Below, in pieces: positions 34,295-44,068 of a stretch of 64,000 nt of DNA (its first letter is position 1; each line of letters begins with the position of its first letter). The notes beneath the pieces were generated by a model, which was not told the origin of the DNA, ran no database searches, and was given only the letters and a program-made list of their open reading frames with translations. A program made the position numbers and the translations under genes. The DNA is from Candidatus Binatia bacterium (GTDB lineage: Bacteria > Vulcanimicrobiota > Vulcanimicrobiia > Vulcanimicrobiales > Vulcanimicrobiaceae). The stretch covers positions 697,878 through 761,877 of the forward strand of contig DATKHY010000003.1 of the NCBI GenBank assembly GCA_035544215.1, read 5' to 3'.

Positions 34295-35958
34295 TCCGCA
34301 GTCCGCGGCTTCCGCAGGATGAGCGCGCCTTTCCCTCGCTGACGCAAGCGCAGATCGAGCGGTTTGCCGCGCGAGGCAAAAAGCGCAGCGTACGCGAGGG
34401 CGAAGTTCTCGTCGAAGCCGGCGATCGCGTCATTCCGTTCTTCGTGGTGCTGTCGGGCGAGCTCGACTTCGTGCGCAGTCCCGTGCGCAGCTTCGAAGCT
34501 GAGACCCTCGTGGCCGTCGTCACACCGGGGCGTTTCACCGGCGAGATCAGCGTGCTCTCGGGGCGCTCGGCGATCTTTAGCATCCGCGTCGGCCTTGCGG
34601 GCGAGGTCATCGAGCTCGACCGGCAGAGCATGCTGGCGGTGGTACAAGCCGATGCCGAGCTCAACGAGGTCGTCATGCGCGCTTTCATCACCCGGCGACT
34701 CGCGATCGTCGGCGCAGAGCTCGGCGACGTCGTGCTGGTGGGCTCGACACACTCGCGCGACACGTTGCGCCTCAAGGAGTATCTCACGCGGAACGGTCAT
34801 CCGTACCAATACGTCGACCTCGACGACCATGGCGACATCGAGCACCTCATGGACGCTTTCAACATCAGCGTCGACGAGATACCAGTGCTGATCTGCCAGG
34901 GGCGCGAGGTGCTGCGTAATCCTTCGAACCGCAAGGTCGCCGAATGCCTCGGCTTCAACGAAGCCGTAGATCCCACCAAAGTGCGAGATCTCGTCATTGT
35001 CGGCGCCGGCCCGTCGGGTTTGGCGGCGGCCGTGTACGCGGCGTCGGAAGGCCTAGACACCCTGATGATCGAGACGACAGCCCCCGGGGGGCAAGCCGGC
35101 AGCAGCTCGCGCATCGAAAACTATCTCGGTTTCCCGACCGGCATTTCGGGTCAAGAACTCGCCGGGCGAGCGTGGGTGCAAGCAGAGAAGTTCGGGGCGC
35201 AGACGCTGATGGCAAGCGGCGCGCACTTGCACTGCGACGAGCGGCCGTACGTCGTAGAGACCGACGACGGCGGGCGAATTCCGACCCGCAGCATCGTGAT
35301 TGCCACCGGCGTCGAGTATCGCAAGCTGCCGCTAACGGAGCTGCCGCGCTTCGAGGGCGCCGGTTGTTACTACGCAGCCACCAAGATCGAAGTTGATTAC
35401 TGCGGCGCTGAAGATGTGATCGTCGTCGGTGGCGCCAACTCCGCCGGCCAAGCCGCCGTGTTCCTCTCGGAGCGAGCGCGGCGCGTGTACATGTTGATTC
35501 GCGGCGACGGCCTTTCCGCGACGATGTCGCGCTATCTTGTCGCGCGGATCGAGCAGACTCCAAACATCGAGGTGCGGCCGCACACCGAGATCGTCGCGCT
35601 CGAGGGCGACGACCACGTGGAGCGGGTGCGCTGGCGCAACAATCAAACCGGAGAAACCGAGGAGCGTCTGATCCGTCACGTCTTCTTGATGACGGGGGGC
35701 GCGCCGAATACGGCGTGGCTCGACGGCTGCGTAGTCCTCGATGAGAAGGGCTTCATCAAAACGGGCCCTGCGCTTACGACCCAAGAGCTCCTGCAGGCGA
35801 AATGGCCACTGCCGCGCCGACCGTTTCTGCTGGAGACGACGCTGCCGCGCGTCTTCGCGGTCGGCGACGTACGCAGCGGCAGCGTCAAGCGCGTCGCGTC
35901 CGGCGTCGGCGAGGGCTCGATCTCGATCTCGCTCCTACACGAGGCGCTGAAAGAGTAG
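34291..35958 (+). CDS. Cyclic-nucleotide-binding domain fused to thioredoxin-reductase-like FAD oxidoreductase
   Basis: N-terminal cNMP-binding motif FFVVLSGELDF...GRFTGEISVLSGRSAIFSIRV, then DLVIVGAGPSGLAAAVYAASEGL (FAD) and VIVVGGANSAGQAAVFL (NAD(P)H). GTGA overlap with the AKR stop. Confidence 0.9.
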   Translation: MIRSPRLPQDERAFPSLTQAQIERFAARGKKRSVREGEVLVEAGDRVIPFFVVLSGELDFVRSPVRSFEAETLVAVVTPGRFTGEISVLSGRSAIFSIRVGLAGEVIELDRQSMLAVVQADAELNEVVMRAFITRRLAIVGAELGDVVLVGSTHSRDTLRLKEYLTRNGHPYQYVDLDDHGDIEHLMDAFNISVDEIPVLICQGREVLRNPSNRKVAECLGFNEAVDPTKVRDLVIVGAGPSGLAAAVYAASEGLDTLMIETTAPGGQAGSSSRIENYLGFPTGISGQELAGRAWVQAEKFGAQTLMASGAHLHCDERPYVVETDDGGRIPTRSIVIATGVEYRKLPLTELPRFEGAGCYYAATKIEVDYCGAEDVIVVGGANSAGQAAVFLSERARRVYMLIRGDGLSATMSRYLVARIEQTPNIEVRPHTEIVALEGDDHVERVRWRNNQTGETEERLIRHVFLMTGGAPNTAWLDGCVVLDEKGFIKTGPALTTQELLQAKWPLPRRPFLLETTLPRVFAVGDVRSGSVKRVASGVGEGSISISLLHEALKE

Positions 35959-35995
35959 CTTCAGGCGGAGCCGTTACCAAGCGCGCCGCGGCGCC

Positions 35996-36976
35996 CTAAT
36001 GCTTCGACGCGAGACTCGCCGTGACACCCTGGGCACCCTGCTCGTTGTATAGGCTAAACACCGCACCACCGCCCTCGGGGTAGTCGTAGAAGAGCACTCC
36101 ATACTGAGAATTCGTTAGGACGAGCTGATTCGCTCGTTTGACCGATTTTGGGCCGCCGATCCGGCCGAGCCAAAACGCTCCGCCACTCTGCCCGGACCTT
36201 TCCGTGAGCATGTAGCCTTCTTCGATGCCTCGCGTTCCGTGGATGGTATACCATTCGAAAATGCTAGGATACTGGTAATACGGCACGTCGAACTCCACGA
36301 CGAAGTATTCACCGTCCCAGCGAACGTAGCCGGGGCGCGTCCATTGGGAGCTGTGTGGCAGCGTTACACTTTTGAAAGCGCTCCCCCCATGCCGCAGGAT
36401 CGCGAAGCTGAGCATCGACGACTCCTCTCCGCTGATGAGAAGATTTCCGCTCGCGTCGTAACTGCCCGAACTGTACGCTGAGAAGCCCTTTTCCGCATAA
36501 ATCTTCGGCCTCACTTTGCCCTTCACGTACACTGCGACGTCTCCGGGGCCGGACTCGTTAATGACAGCAAGGTCGCCGGTAACCGGGTCAACGGAGCAAT
36601 CGATCGGATTCGGGTTCGGATCGATAAACGTTTTGACCGGCGCCGATCCGCCGTGCGCGAACTCCAGAATGTCGGCCGCCCCGTTATTCGTTACGTAGAC
36701 GTTGCCCTGGGGATCGGTGCACGATCCGGCGGCGTGCGAAAAATAGTTGAGCGTACCAACCTGCGTGTTGCTTCCGTAATCGTAGACGTCCACCGCGCTG
36801 TACGCCGACACGTAGAGGAGGTTTTTGCCCACGTTCGGCGTCAGGGACGACGCGAGCGCAACGCTGGAGTGCGGAACCGACGGCACGGACTGCGACGGAG
36901 CCTGCAAGCCTGCGCAGCCGGCCACAATACCGCAGGCGCAGGCAGCCAGTGCAAAGCGTAGGAGAGTCCCGTACAT
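35996..36976 (-). CDS. P1-family lipoprotein, copy A1
   Basis: Lipobox GIVAGCAG. Motifs: GSCTDPQGNVYVT, LEFAHGGSAPV, CSVDPVTGDLAVIN, YDASGNLLISG, VRWDGEYFVV, FYDYPEGGGAV. Confidence 0.8.
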   Translation of the reverse strand: MYGTLLRFALAACACGIVAGCAGLQAPSQSVPSVPHSSVALASSLTPNVGKNLLYVSAYSAVDVYDYGSNTQVGTLNYFSHAAGSCTDPQGNVYVTNNGAADILEFAHGGSAPVKTFIDPNPNPIDCSVDPVTGDLAVINESGPGDVAVYVKGKVRPKIYAEKGFSAYSSGSYDASGNLLISGEESSMLSFAILRHGGSAFKSVTLPHSSQWTRPGYVRWDGEYFVVEFDVPYYQYPSIFEWYTIHGTRGIEEGYMLTERSGQSGGAFWLGRIGGPKSVKRANQLVLTNSQYGVLFYDYPEGGGAVFSLYNEQGAQGVTASLASKH

Positions 36977-36990
36977 CGTCGTGCGATTCC

Positions 36991-37998
36991 TTAGTGCGCC
37001 ACGCTGATGGCGACGCCCTGGAAGTTGCTGCCGTCAGGGGCTTGAATCGCCTTGAAGGCCTTACCGCCGGCCGGATATGGCCAGAAGTACAGCTGGCGTG
37101 TCGGTCCGCCGTTGCCGGCGTCGGGTCCCACGATGAACTTCGCTTGTATTGCGAACTCGACGTCGAGGTACGTTCCCTCATCGTGGTAAGTGCGCAGGCT
37201 GGTGGTACCGACGATCCGCGCTCCGGATCCCGAGACGGTCACGCGGTCCACGCGCACCGGCCCCTTCGCACCTCCCAGAACCGTTACGGCTAGATCTCGC
37301 GCGTTCCACTGCAAGCTACCTGGAGCAATGTTCTTGTTGAAGTAGACGTGTCTCAACGCGCTACCGTTTCGTGGCAGCTCGTTGATGAAGTTCGCGTTGC
37401 CGTCGGCGAAGATGTTTCCCTTGCCGTCATACGTACAGTAGTAGTAGTGCGTTATGCTCGAGTCATAGTAGTCCTGAGGTGATCCTTGCGCGTGTTGGTA
37501 AACGGCGATGTCGCCTTGGCCGCCCACTGCGAAATCCTCATAGTTGGCGATCGCCAAATTTCCCGTCGATGGATCGACCGAACAGCCCGACGGCACGCCG
37601 GAGCCGCCGAGACCGTTGATCCCCCGAGTTGATCCGTGCGAGTATTCGTCGTAGAATGCCTGACCGTTCGTAATCCAGCCTACAACCCATACGTTACCCT
37701 GCGTGTCGGAGCAGAGCCCCTCATATGTTTCCTCCGTGTCGGGCTCGAGAAACCCCACCTGTTTGCCCTGGGGATAGGTATAAATGTAGACGCCTCCTTT
37801 GCCCCACACGCCCTGATCGGACACATAAATGAGGTCCTGGCTCGCCGCACCGGGGAGTATCCAGGAATACCCCGGCACGCGATGATGTTCCGCGACGGAA
37901 CTGACGAATGACGTAGAGAACGGCGCGGCGGGCTGCGGATTTCCGCACGCGGCCAGCGATGCTCCCGCCGAGAGGGCGAGCCAAGCGCGTCTATTCAT
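36991..37998 (-). CDS. P1-family lipoprotein, copy A2
   Basis: Lipobox SLAACG. Motifs: GLCSDTQGNVWVV, GCSVDPSTGNLAIAN, YDGKGNIFADG, ELPRNGSAL, LQWNARDLAV, FWPYPAGGKAF. The start overlaps the stop of A3 (ATGAATAG). Confidence 0.8.
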   Translation of the reverse strand: MNRRAWLALSAGASLAACGNPQPAAPFSTSFVSSVAEHHRVPGYSWILPGAASQDLIYVSDQGVWGKGGVYIYTYPQGKQVGFLEPDTEETYEGLCSDTQGNVWVVGWITNGQAFYDEYSHGSTRGINGLGGSGVPSGCSVDPSTGNLAIANYEDFAVGGQGDIAVYQHAQGSPQDYYDSSITHYYYCTYDGKGNIFADGNANFINELPRNGSALRHVYFNKNIAPGSLQWNARDLAVTVLGGAKGPVRVDRVTVSGSGARIVGTTSLRTYHDEGTYLDVEFAIQAKFIVGPDAGNGGPTRQLYFWPYPAGGKAFKAIQAPDGSNFQGVAISVAH

Positions 37999-38944
37999 GG
38001 ATCCTTCCGAGGCTTACGGTCACCGCAACGGGTTGCGAGATGCCCTGCGAGATCTCCGCGATGCCGTCGCCACCGGCGGGGTAGTTCCAGTATTCGACTA
38101 ATCCCTCGTATCCACCGACGACCTGCGTACCCTGCCGCTTCGAACTATTGCTGTAGATCCAGAACGGCCCGGTCTGGCCGCAACAGACTTGCAGGTTGGT
38201 GACGCCGATATAGTATCCCAGCCCTTTGATAACGCTCACGCGGTAGAGGTTCTCGTCGTCAAGGACGTAATATCGGCCGTCCCACTGTATTCCGTTGATC
38301 TCTTCCCACGGAGACCCGTACGGTCCCGGCACCGTAACGTTGAGCAGCCGGTTGCCGCCCTTGGGCAGCCACGCGAAGCTCGAATAGCGGCTGCCGAACT
38401 GACCGTTCGACGCGAGGAGGTTGCCATCGTTATCGTACGCACAGGCTTGGAACTGCGGGATCGTCTTAATCGTGAAGAATTTCGGCGATCCGCTGGCGTG
38501 GGCATATACGGCGATGTTCCCTTGACTGGAGCTGCCCGCTTCGTTCGCCACCGCAAGCGACCCGGTCGTTTCATCAACGGAGCAGGAGTAGGGAGCATAA
38601 GGCGAATCGTCGATAGTCCGTAGCGGCTTCTTTCCCGCGTGCGCATATTCGACGATTTTCTTCGCGCCGTAATCTGCGATGTAGACGTTTGCGGACTTGT
38701 CGACGCACTCGCCCATCGGTTGAGTGAAGCCCGTCAGTTCGGCAACCAGCGTCTTCTGCCAGTACGTGTATACCGTTACCTCGCCGTTTCCGTCGGAGAT
38801 ATACAGAAGGTCGAGTTTCTTTACGACGAGGTCAGGGCGGGCGCCCTCGATCTTTAGGGGTGTGGCGTTCGCCCCGGCATATTGCGCTGCGGAGCTGCAG
38901 CCGGCTGCGGCGAGCACCCCGCACAGGACGATCGATCTGATCAT
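37991..38944 (-). CDS. P1-family lipoprotein, copy A3
   Basis: Lipobox LAAAGCSS. Motifs: GECVDKSANVYIAD, VEYAHAGKKPL, CSVDETTGSLAVAN, YDNDGNLLASNG, LPKGGNRL, IQWDGRYYVL, YWNYPAGGDG. ATGA overlap with A4. Confidence 0.8.
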   Translation of the reverse strand: MIRSIVLCGVLAAAGCSSAAQYAGANATPLKIEGARPDLVVKKLDLLYISDGNGEVTVYTYWQKTLVAELTGFTQPMGECVDKSANVYIADYGAKKIVEYAHAGKKPLRTIDDSPYAPYSCSVDETTGSLAVANEAGSSSQGNIAVYAHASGSPKFFTIKTIPQFQACAYDNDGNLLASNGQFGSRYSSFAWLPKGGNRLLNVTVPGPYGSPWEEINGIQWDGRYYVLDDENLYRVSVIKGLGYYIGVTNLQVCCGQTGPFWIYSNSSKRQGTQVVGGYEGLVEYWNYPAGGDGIAEISQGISQPVAVTVSLGRIHE

Positions 38945-39936
38945 GGGGCTCCACCTCCCGTTACGACGCTGACGGCTGCACCAAAAGGTGTGGAATCATT
39001 ATGAGCATTGTGGGCGGTAGGTTTCCCCCCGCCCGGATACGGCCACACGTACGTCGCGCTTGGGACCGACCCGCAGAAATCGGAGTCCGAGCCCACCACG
39101 TGTCCCTGCCAAATGACACCTTGAATGAGATCACACAGTTGACCGCCGGTAGAATTCTCCAGCGCTATCTTCCCCTTGATTGCGGCTCCGGTCTTTGAAA
39201 CCGACAAGCGATAGATACAGCTGACGGTCTGATTGCCGCAGTTCTGGTCGCCGATCGCGAGATAGCTGGAACTCCACTGCACTAGCCCCGGGTAGTAAAT
39301 TCTTCCCCCTGAGATGGCGATGCTTTTCGCCTGCACAGCGTTGACCGGCAGCTCCGACAGCATGAACTTACCGTTGGCGTTGCGGCCGTCGAAGAACAAA
39401 TTCCCCGCGCTGTCGTACCAGCCGAAGTTATAATAGAACTGTTTGGGATTGCTGTAGATGTTCGGGACACCGGCGGCGTGGTGGTAGATGAGCACGGCAC
39501 CGGGGAGGCTTCCGGTACCCAACAAGTTCATGACGGCGAGGTTTCCAGTCTTGGGATTCCATGCGCATCCGCCGGGGTATCCGGAGGTATCGCTGAGGCG
39601 TCGCCCGATCGAACCCGAGTGTTCGACTTCGAAGATGGTCTGCGCCGTGCCGTCGGTTACCCAGACGTTGCCTTTATTGTCGGAACACTCTCCCTGTGGC
39701 TGCGTGAATCCCGTGACAATTTCGATCAGCTTCAGTGTGGGAAGCGTGTAGATGTAGACCTCCGAGGTGCCGGGATCCGAAACGAAGACCCACGCCTTAC
39801 TGGCCTTAAAGTTTGGATTTTCAACTGAACTCGAAGCCGCAAGAGTCGCGGGCTGCGACTGCAGACCGCTGCAGCCGGCAATGGTGAACATCGAAAGCGC
39901 GGCCAGCCTGTAGCACCGCGTAAAGGCAATTTTCAT
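38941..39936 (-). CDS. P1-family lipoprotein, copy A4
   Basis: Lipobox FTIAGCSG. Motifs: GECSDNKGNVWVTD, GCAWNPKTGNLAVMN, YDSAGNLFFDG, ELPVNAVQAKSI, VQWSSSYLAI, VWPYPGGGKP. It lies 4 nt downstream of the Gly-rich gene. Confidence 0.8.
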   Translation of the reverse strand: MKIAFTRCYRLAALSMFTIAGCSGLQSQPATLAASSSVENPNFKASKAWVFVSDPGTSEVYIYTLPTLKLIEIVTGFTQPQGECSDNKGNVWVTDGTAQTIFEVEHSGSIGRRLSDTSGYPGGCAWNPKTGNLAVMNLLGTGSLPGAVLIYHHAAGVPNIYSNPKQFYYNFGWYDSAGNLFFDGRNANGKFMLSELPVNAVQAKSIAISGGRIYYPGLVQWSSSYLAIGDQNCGNQTVSCIYRLSVSKTGAAIKGKIALENSTGGQLCDLIQGVIWQGHVVGSDSDFCGSVPSATYVWPYPGGGKPTAHNAHNDSTPFGAAVSVVTGGGAP

Positions 39937-39940
39937 CTCG

Positions 39941-40846
39941 TCACCAGCTTATGACGACGAGGCCGTTAGTAGTAGCGTTCTTCCAGCCTTGCCACATCAC
40001 GACTTTCGTTGCACGCGACTCGACGTAGGATGAACCTCCGCCACCGCCGCCACCACCGCCGATCGCGCTCGTGCCTACACCTCCCGCGCCGCCTCCACCG
40101 CCGCCGTAGTATCCGCCGCCGCCGCCGCCGCCGGAACCACCGTAACTACCGGCGCCGCCAGCCCCCCCGACCGCAAGACTCCCGGCCGCGCCGGGGTCGC
40201 CGTTGCCCAGCGAGCCCGAGCCGCTGCCTCCGCCGCTTCCGCCTTCCTGTTGCGTACCGCCGCCGCCGCCGCCACCACCATAATACTGAGAGCCGTCCCC
40301 ACCGACGCCGCCCGTACCGCCACTCATGCCGCCGCCCTTCCCACCGACACCGCCCGGGAAATTTTTTAACCCGCCCCCGACGCCGCCACCGCCGCCCGAT
40401 ATTATGATCCTATCGACCAGTCTTCGGCCTCGCTCGCGGACGTCGCTGGCGCCTCCACCGCCGAAACCCGAAAGTGTACCCTCGTCGCCGCCTATAGCGC
40501 CCCCGTTGAAACCGGCTGTGCGCGCCGCCCCCATGCCACCAACGTAGACATACAGCAACTCTCCCGCCTTCACTGGCACGATTGCATAGACACGACCTCC
40601 GCGCGCTACGTCGGCGGAGCCACCCCCGGCCGCGCCGCGCGCCACGACCGTGATGCTGGTCACTCCCTGCGGAACTTTGAAATTCTGTACCTTGTCGATG
40701 AAATGAAAGGTATGCGATTGCGTGACGGCAGGGTGGTCGTTTCCGAGTAGCGCCGGGACTGTTCCGGCACTCTTGCCGCATCCGGCAGCCAGCGTGGCAA
40801 CGGCAACGCCGAGAGCGCAGCGAGCGAACGAACGAAACTCCATCAT
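39941..40846 (-). CDS. Glycine-rich lipoprotein (Gly_rich-like), paralog of 32326..33273
   Basis: Trimmed to ATG 40846 (AGGAG upstream): MMEFRSFARCALGVAVATLAAGCG. Then FHFIDKVQNFKVPQGVTSITVVARGAAGG...GGASDVRERGRRLVDRIIISGGGGG, followed by poly-Gly and the tail SSYVESRATKVVMWQGWKNATTNGLVVISW. Confidence 0.75.
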   Translation of the reverse strand: MMEFRSFARCALGVAVATLAAGCGKSAGTVPALLGNDHPAVTQSHTFHFIDKVQNFKVPQGVTSITVVARGAAGGGSADVARGGRVYAIVPVKAGELLYVYVGGMGAARTAGFNGGAIGGDEGTLSGFGGGGASDVRERGRRLVDRIIISGGGGGVGGGLKNFPGGVGGKGGGMSGGTGGVGGDGSQYYGGGGGGGGTQQEGGSGGGSGSGSLGNGDPGAAGSLAVGGAGGAGSYGGSGGGGGGGYYGGGGGGAGGVGTSAIGGGGGGGGGSSYVESRATKVVMWQGWKNATTNGLVVISW

Positions 40847-40955
40847 GCCTGACTCCTGACCGGAGAACGACGGGCCAAGATGACGTTCGGCGCCGGCGCC
40901 GCATCCCATCCCGTCGGGCCGCGCATTGCGTCGCTGCTGGACTAAGCGCTACGCA

Positions 40956-41942
40956 CTAGTGAGTGACCGCGATTCCGTTTGAGAAAACGCCGGTCTGCTC
41001 ATATTCGGTCGCTTTCGTACTCGCCGTGAGCGGATAGGGCATCGAGTACACCTCTCCCCCCTCCGTAGAAACCCACAGGGTCGTCTCGCTGTTCTGCATT
41101 GCCAACTCGGCGAGATTACCGTACGAGGAGAGCGTTATCGTCAGCGACGGCGTCGTCGCTCCCGGCGGAAACACCTTGATATCGTCCGACGCAGACTCAA
41201 CGACGACGATGTTCCCGGCACTATCGACGACTAACCCTTGAGGCTGATCGATCGTCATACCCAGAAGCCGCTTGTTCGTAAGGCCCGGTCCGAACTCCGC
41301 AATCGAGCTATTAATTCCCGTCCGGCGGTATGCGACATAAAGATTGCCGCTCGCGTCAAAGGCCATTCCGTCTTCTTCTGAGCCTAATCGCACGCGCCTG
41401 ATCGGTACGTTCGTGCCTGCGTTGTACTCGACGACAAACCCTTTATTGTGGCTCTCGGCTTCGCGATCCCCAACGAAGACGTGCCCCGCTGAATCGGCCA
41501 CCGCGTATAACGGTTCGTGCAGTCTCTTCGAGAACGTCATCGACGGGCTCGAGGAGCCATACGGGTAGACGGTGACGCTGCGGTGAAACGCGTTCGCGAC
41601 GTAGAGCGTATTGTTGGCGTCGAGGCTCAATCCCCACGGGCCGTGGACGCCGTTGGAGATCGAGCCTATCTGTTTCTGATTCGGCCCCGTGAGCGGAAAG
41701 AGGTCGATGGCGCCGTAGTAGTCGTTGCCGATATACAACAGGGGCTGACTGGTGGCGAAGCGCGGGAGCGGCCTCGAGGCGCGGCGCGAGACTGCGTCGC
41801 CCGGCAAGGGCGTTGAAGCCGCATTCTCTTGCAGCTGCGGGAACGCCGTTTGCCCGCTTTGCCGCGGCCCTCCGCAACCGGCGAACGTGATCCCCATCGC
41901 GATGGTAAATATGAGGCTCAGGCGTTTAGAGATTCCAGCCAT
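40956..41942 (-). CDS. NHL-repeat beta-propeller lipoprotein
   Basis: Trimmed to ATG 41942 (MAGISKRLSLIFTIAMGITFAGCGG). Blades: GPWGLSLDANNTLYVANAFHRSVTVYPYG, LYAVADSAGHVFVGD, GMAFDASGNLYVAY, PQGLVVDSAGNIVVVES...IKVFPPG. Confidence 0.8.
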   Translation of the reverse strand: MAGISKRLSLIFTIAMGITFAGCGGPRQSGQTAFPQLQENAASTPLPGDAVSRRASRPLPRFATSQPLLYIGNDYYGAIDLFPLTGPNQKQIGSISNGVHGPWGLSLDANNTLYVANAFHRSVTVYPYGSSSPSMTFSKRLHEPLYAVADSAGHVFVGDREAESHNKGFVVEYNAGTNVPIRRVRLGSEEDGMAFDASGNLYVAYRRTGINSSIAEFGPGLTNKRLLGMTIDQPQGLVVDSAGNIVVVESASDDIKVFPPGATTPSLTITLSSYGNLAELAMQNSETTLWVSTEGGEVYSMPYPLTASTKATEYEQTGVFSNGIAVTH

Positions 41943-42063
41943 TGTCTTTCCCCCGCTAGTGAATTGTGATGCCGTTGGGTCCAGAGCGCCGTGCGAATCG
42001 AGGTTCTCATGCAACGGTTTCCTCTCATATGCGATGCTCCACACTATAACGGAGTGGAGAGAT

Positions 42064-43311
42064 CTATGGCGTGAATCGGAAGACCGTGCCGCAACATCTT
42101 TTGAGGTATTTCGTATTGCCTCCGCGAGAGGCCGTGCCGTACAGCGAGCCGTGCAGGTCCGTCAGGGCCGTCATCGGACTGTTCCCATCGCTGCCGCCTG
42201 CAAAACGATGCAACACACTCTCCGCGCCGCTCGTCGTTACGCTGTAAATCGTGCCGCAGCCGAGGTTAGTTGTCGGAAAACAGTCCGTACCGCCACCGCT
42301 GTAGGTTGTGCCGTACAGTGTGCCGTTGAGGTCGAGCAAGCCTCCCACCGGGTCTGCTCCGTCGGAGCCGCCGACAAAGCGGTACACGACTTGTTCCGCA
42401 CCGCTCGTGGTGATGCTGTAAACGGTTCCTAATCCGGAACCGCCGCTACCAGTCAATCCGTAGAGCGTTCCACTAACTGAGATCAACTCACCCTCGGGGT
42501 ACGCCCCGTCAGAGCCTCCGCCGAAGGAATACAGCACTTTGTGCTTCCCCGACATGCTTAGGCTGTAAAACGTTCCACAGCCCGCGGTGCCATTGCCACA
42601 TCCAGTTCCGGCGCCGCCCACAGTGGTCGTGCCGTACAGCATGCCGTTGATGAAGACCAACGCCTTCGGCGAGCTACCGTCGGGGCCGCTCTTGAAGCGG
42701 TACAGCACCTTCTCCTCACCGGAAGTGGTTAGGCTGTAGACGACTCCGCAGTTGCATTTCCCCCCTCCTCCTCCCGCGGTGCCGAAGAGCGTTCCGTTCA
42801 CGTTGATCAAGCGCCCTTGCGGGTGCTGTCCGTCGGAGAGGCCCTTGAAACTGTACAGGAGCGCCTCGACGCCGGCCGTCGTGATGCCGTAGACGGTTCC
42901 TCTCCGCGACGCGCCGCCTCTGGGAGTCGTTCCGTAGAGCGTGCCCTTTACGTCGGTTAGGCCAGTATCCGGTTGCGCGCCATCCCCTGCGCTGAAGGAA
43001 AACACCAGGCTGACGCGGCCCAGCGGGCTGATGCTGTACACGGTCCCGCATCCATGTGAGCATTGCCTGGTGCCCCCTTCCGACGCGGTGCCGTAGAGCG
43101 TGCCCTTGACATCGAGTAAGCGGCCCAATGGTTCTCCGCCATTGGCGTGGTCATCGAACCGGTAAAGCACCTCGTAAGACGATGTAGCGAGGTGGATGCT
43201 CTGCGTCAGCCCGCCCGGCGTAGCGCCGGTCGGCGGCTGCGCCGCTGCGCAGCCCGCAAGCAATGCCGCAGCGGCGCCGATGCTAAGCGCGTGGTAGGCC
43301 AAAGTATTCAT
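42064..43311 (-). CDS. GloVer (Gloeo_Verruco) tandem-repeat lipoprotein
   Basis: Trimmed to ATG 43311 (GGAGG upstream): MNTLAYHALSIGAAAALLAGC. There are about 8 repeats of G(T)LYGTT..GG....G(T)VY(S)....G.E.VLY.F.GG.DG..P.G.L....GTLYG. Confidence 0.8.
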   Translation of the reverse strand: MNTLAYHALSIGAAAALLAGCAAAQPPTGATPGGLTQSIHLATSSYEVLYRFDDHANGGEPLGRLLDVKGTLYGTASEGGTRQCSHGCGTVYSISPLGRVSLVFSFSAGDGAQPDTGLTDVKGTLYGTTPRGGASRRGTVYGITTAGVEALLYSFKGLSDGQHPQGRLINVNGTLFGTAGGGGGKCNCGVVYSLTTSGEEKVLYRFKSGPDGSSPKALVFINGMLYGTTTVGGAGTGCGNGTAGCGTFYSLSMSGKHKVLYSFGGGSDGAYPEGELISVSGTLYGLTGSGGSGLGTVYSITTSGAEQVVYRFVGGSDGADPVGGLLDLNGTLYGTTYSGGGTDCFPTTNLGCGTIYSVTTSGAESVLHRFAGGSDGNSPMTALTDLHGSLYGTASRGGNTKYLKRCCGTVFRFTP

Positions 43312-43454
43312 GTGCGAAGCCTCCGAGAGAGAGCTATTGCATCGTAGCATCCGGCGTTCACGGGGACAAGGCGAAGCAGACATTCGGCGGCCGCGCTGTC
43401 AGTTCTCCCTCGGCTCAGCTTCTTTCAAGGTGCACCGCCAGCGCATCGCGCTTT

Positions 43455-44012
43455 TTAGTCCGGCGATTCCGGCGGCGCGACGCCGGCCATTCGGGGATCG
43501 TGCAGCAGCCGCGCGTAGTAACGATCGAGCTTGCCGGCCTCGATGTACGCTTTCGCGCGCATCGCGAGGTGCTCGAACATCGCGGCAAAGTGCGGGGTGC
43601 CATGACGACGCAGATAGACCGCCTCAGCGAGGGCATCCCATAGCCGCACGATTTCGACGCCGTACTTCGTCAGCATGAGCCGTTCGGTGTCGGTTCGCGT
43701 CAGGGCGAGCATCGTCAGGTTGTCGAGGAAGCGAAGGAGCGTTTCGATTTCGGAGAACTCCGGTACGGGCTGCGGCTGCGCCAGCCGGTAGCGCAGCGAT
43801 CGATCGGTCTCCAGGCGTCGAGCAACCTCCTGGAACGAACGGAAGACTTCGGTGGCGTTCGCGGTTTCTAGCCGATCGACCAAGTGGAGATAGATCGTAA
43901 TCTCGTTGGCATTTCGTATGTGGCGGATCTGGAGCACCGCCGCGAGCGCGGCGACTGCCACGATAGACGCCGAAGCGACCGAGGCGATGGCGGCAACCCA
44001 ACTCGCGTCCAT
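43455..44012 (-). CDS. Hypothetical protein with N-terminal TM anchor
   Basis: Trimmed to ATG 44012: MDASWVAAIASVASASIVAVAALAAVLQI, followed by an alpha-helical soluble domain. No family recognised with confidence. Confidence 0.55.
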   Translation of the reverse strand: MDASWVAAIASVASASIVAVAALAAVLQIRHIRNANEITIYLHLVDRLETANATEVFRSFQEVARRLETDRSLRYRLAQPQPVPEFSEIETLLRFLDNLTMLALTRTDTERLMLTKYGVEIVRLWDALAEAVYLRRHGTPHFAAMFEHLAMRAKAYIEAGKLDRYYARLLHDPRMAGVAPPESPD

Positions 44013-44068
44013 GGCGTAGTCCCTTGGATTTGGAGGACGGAAAGTCCGCCTCACCGTAGGCTGCGCGC

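Noticed and set aside
33413-34845. Minus-strand ORFs 33413..34117 and 34120..34845
   Set aside because: They are antisense to the aldo/keto reductase and cNMP-TrxR-like genes, both of which have canonical motifs.
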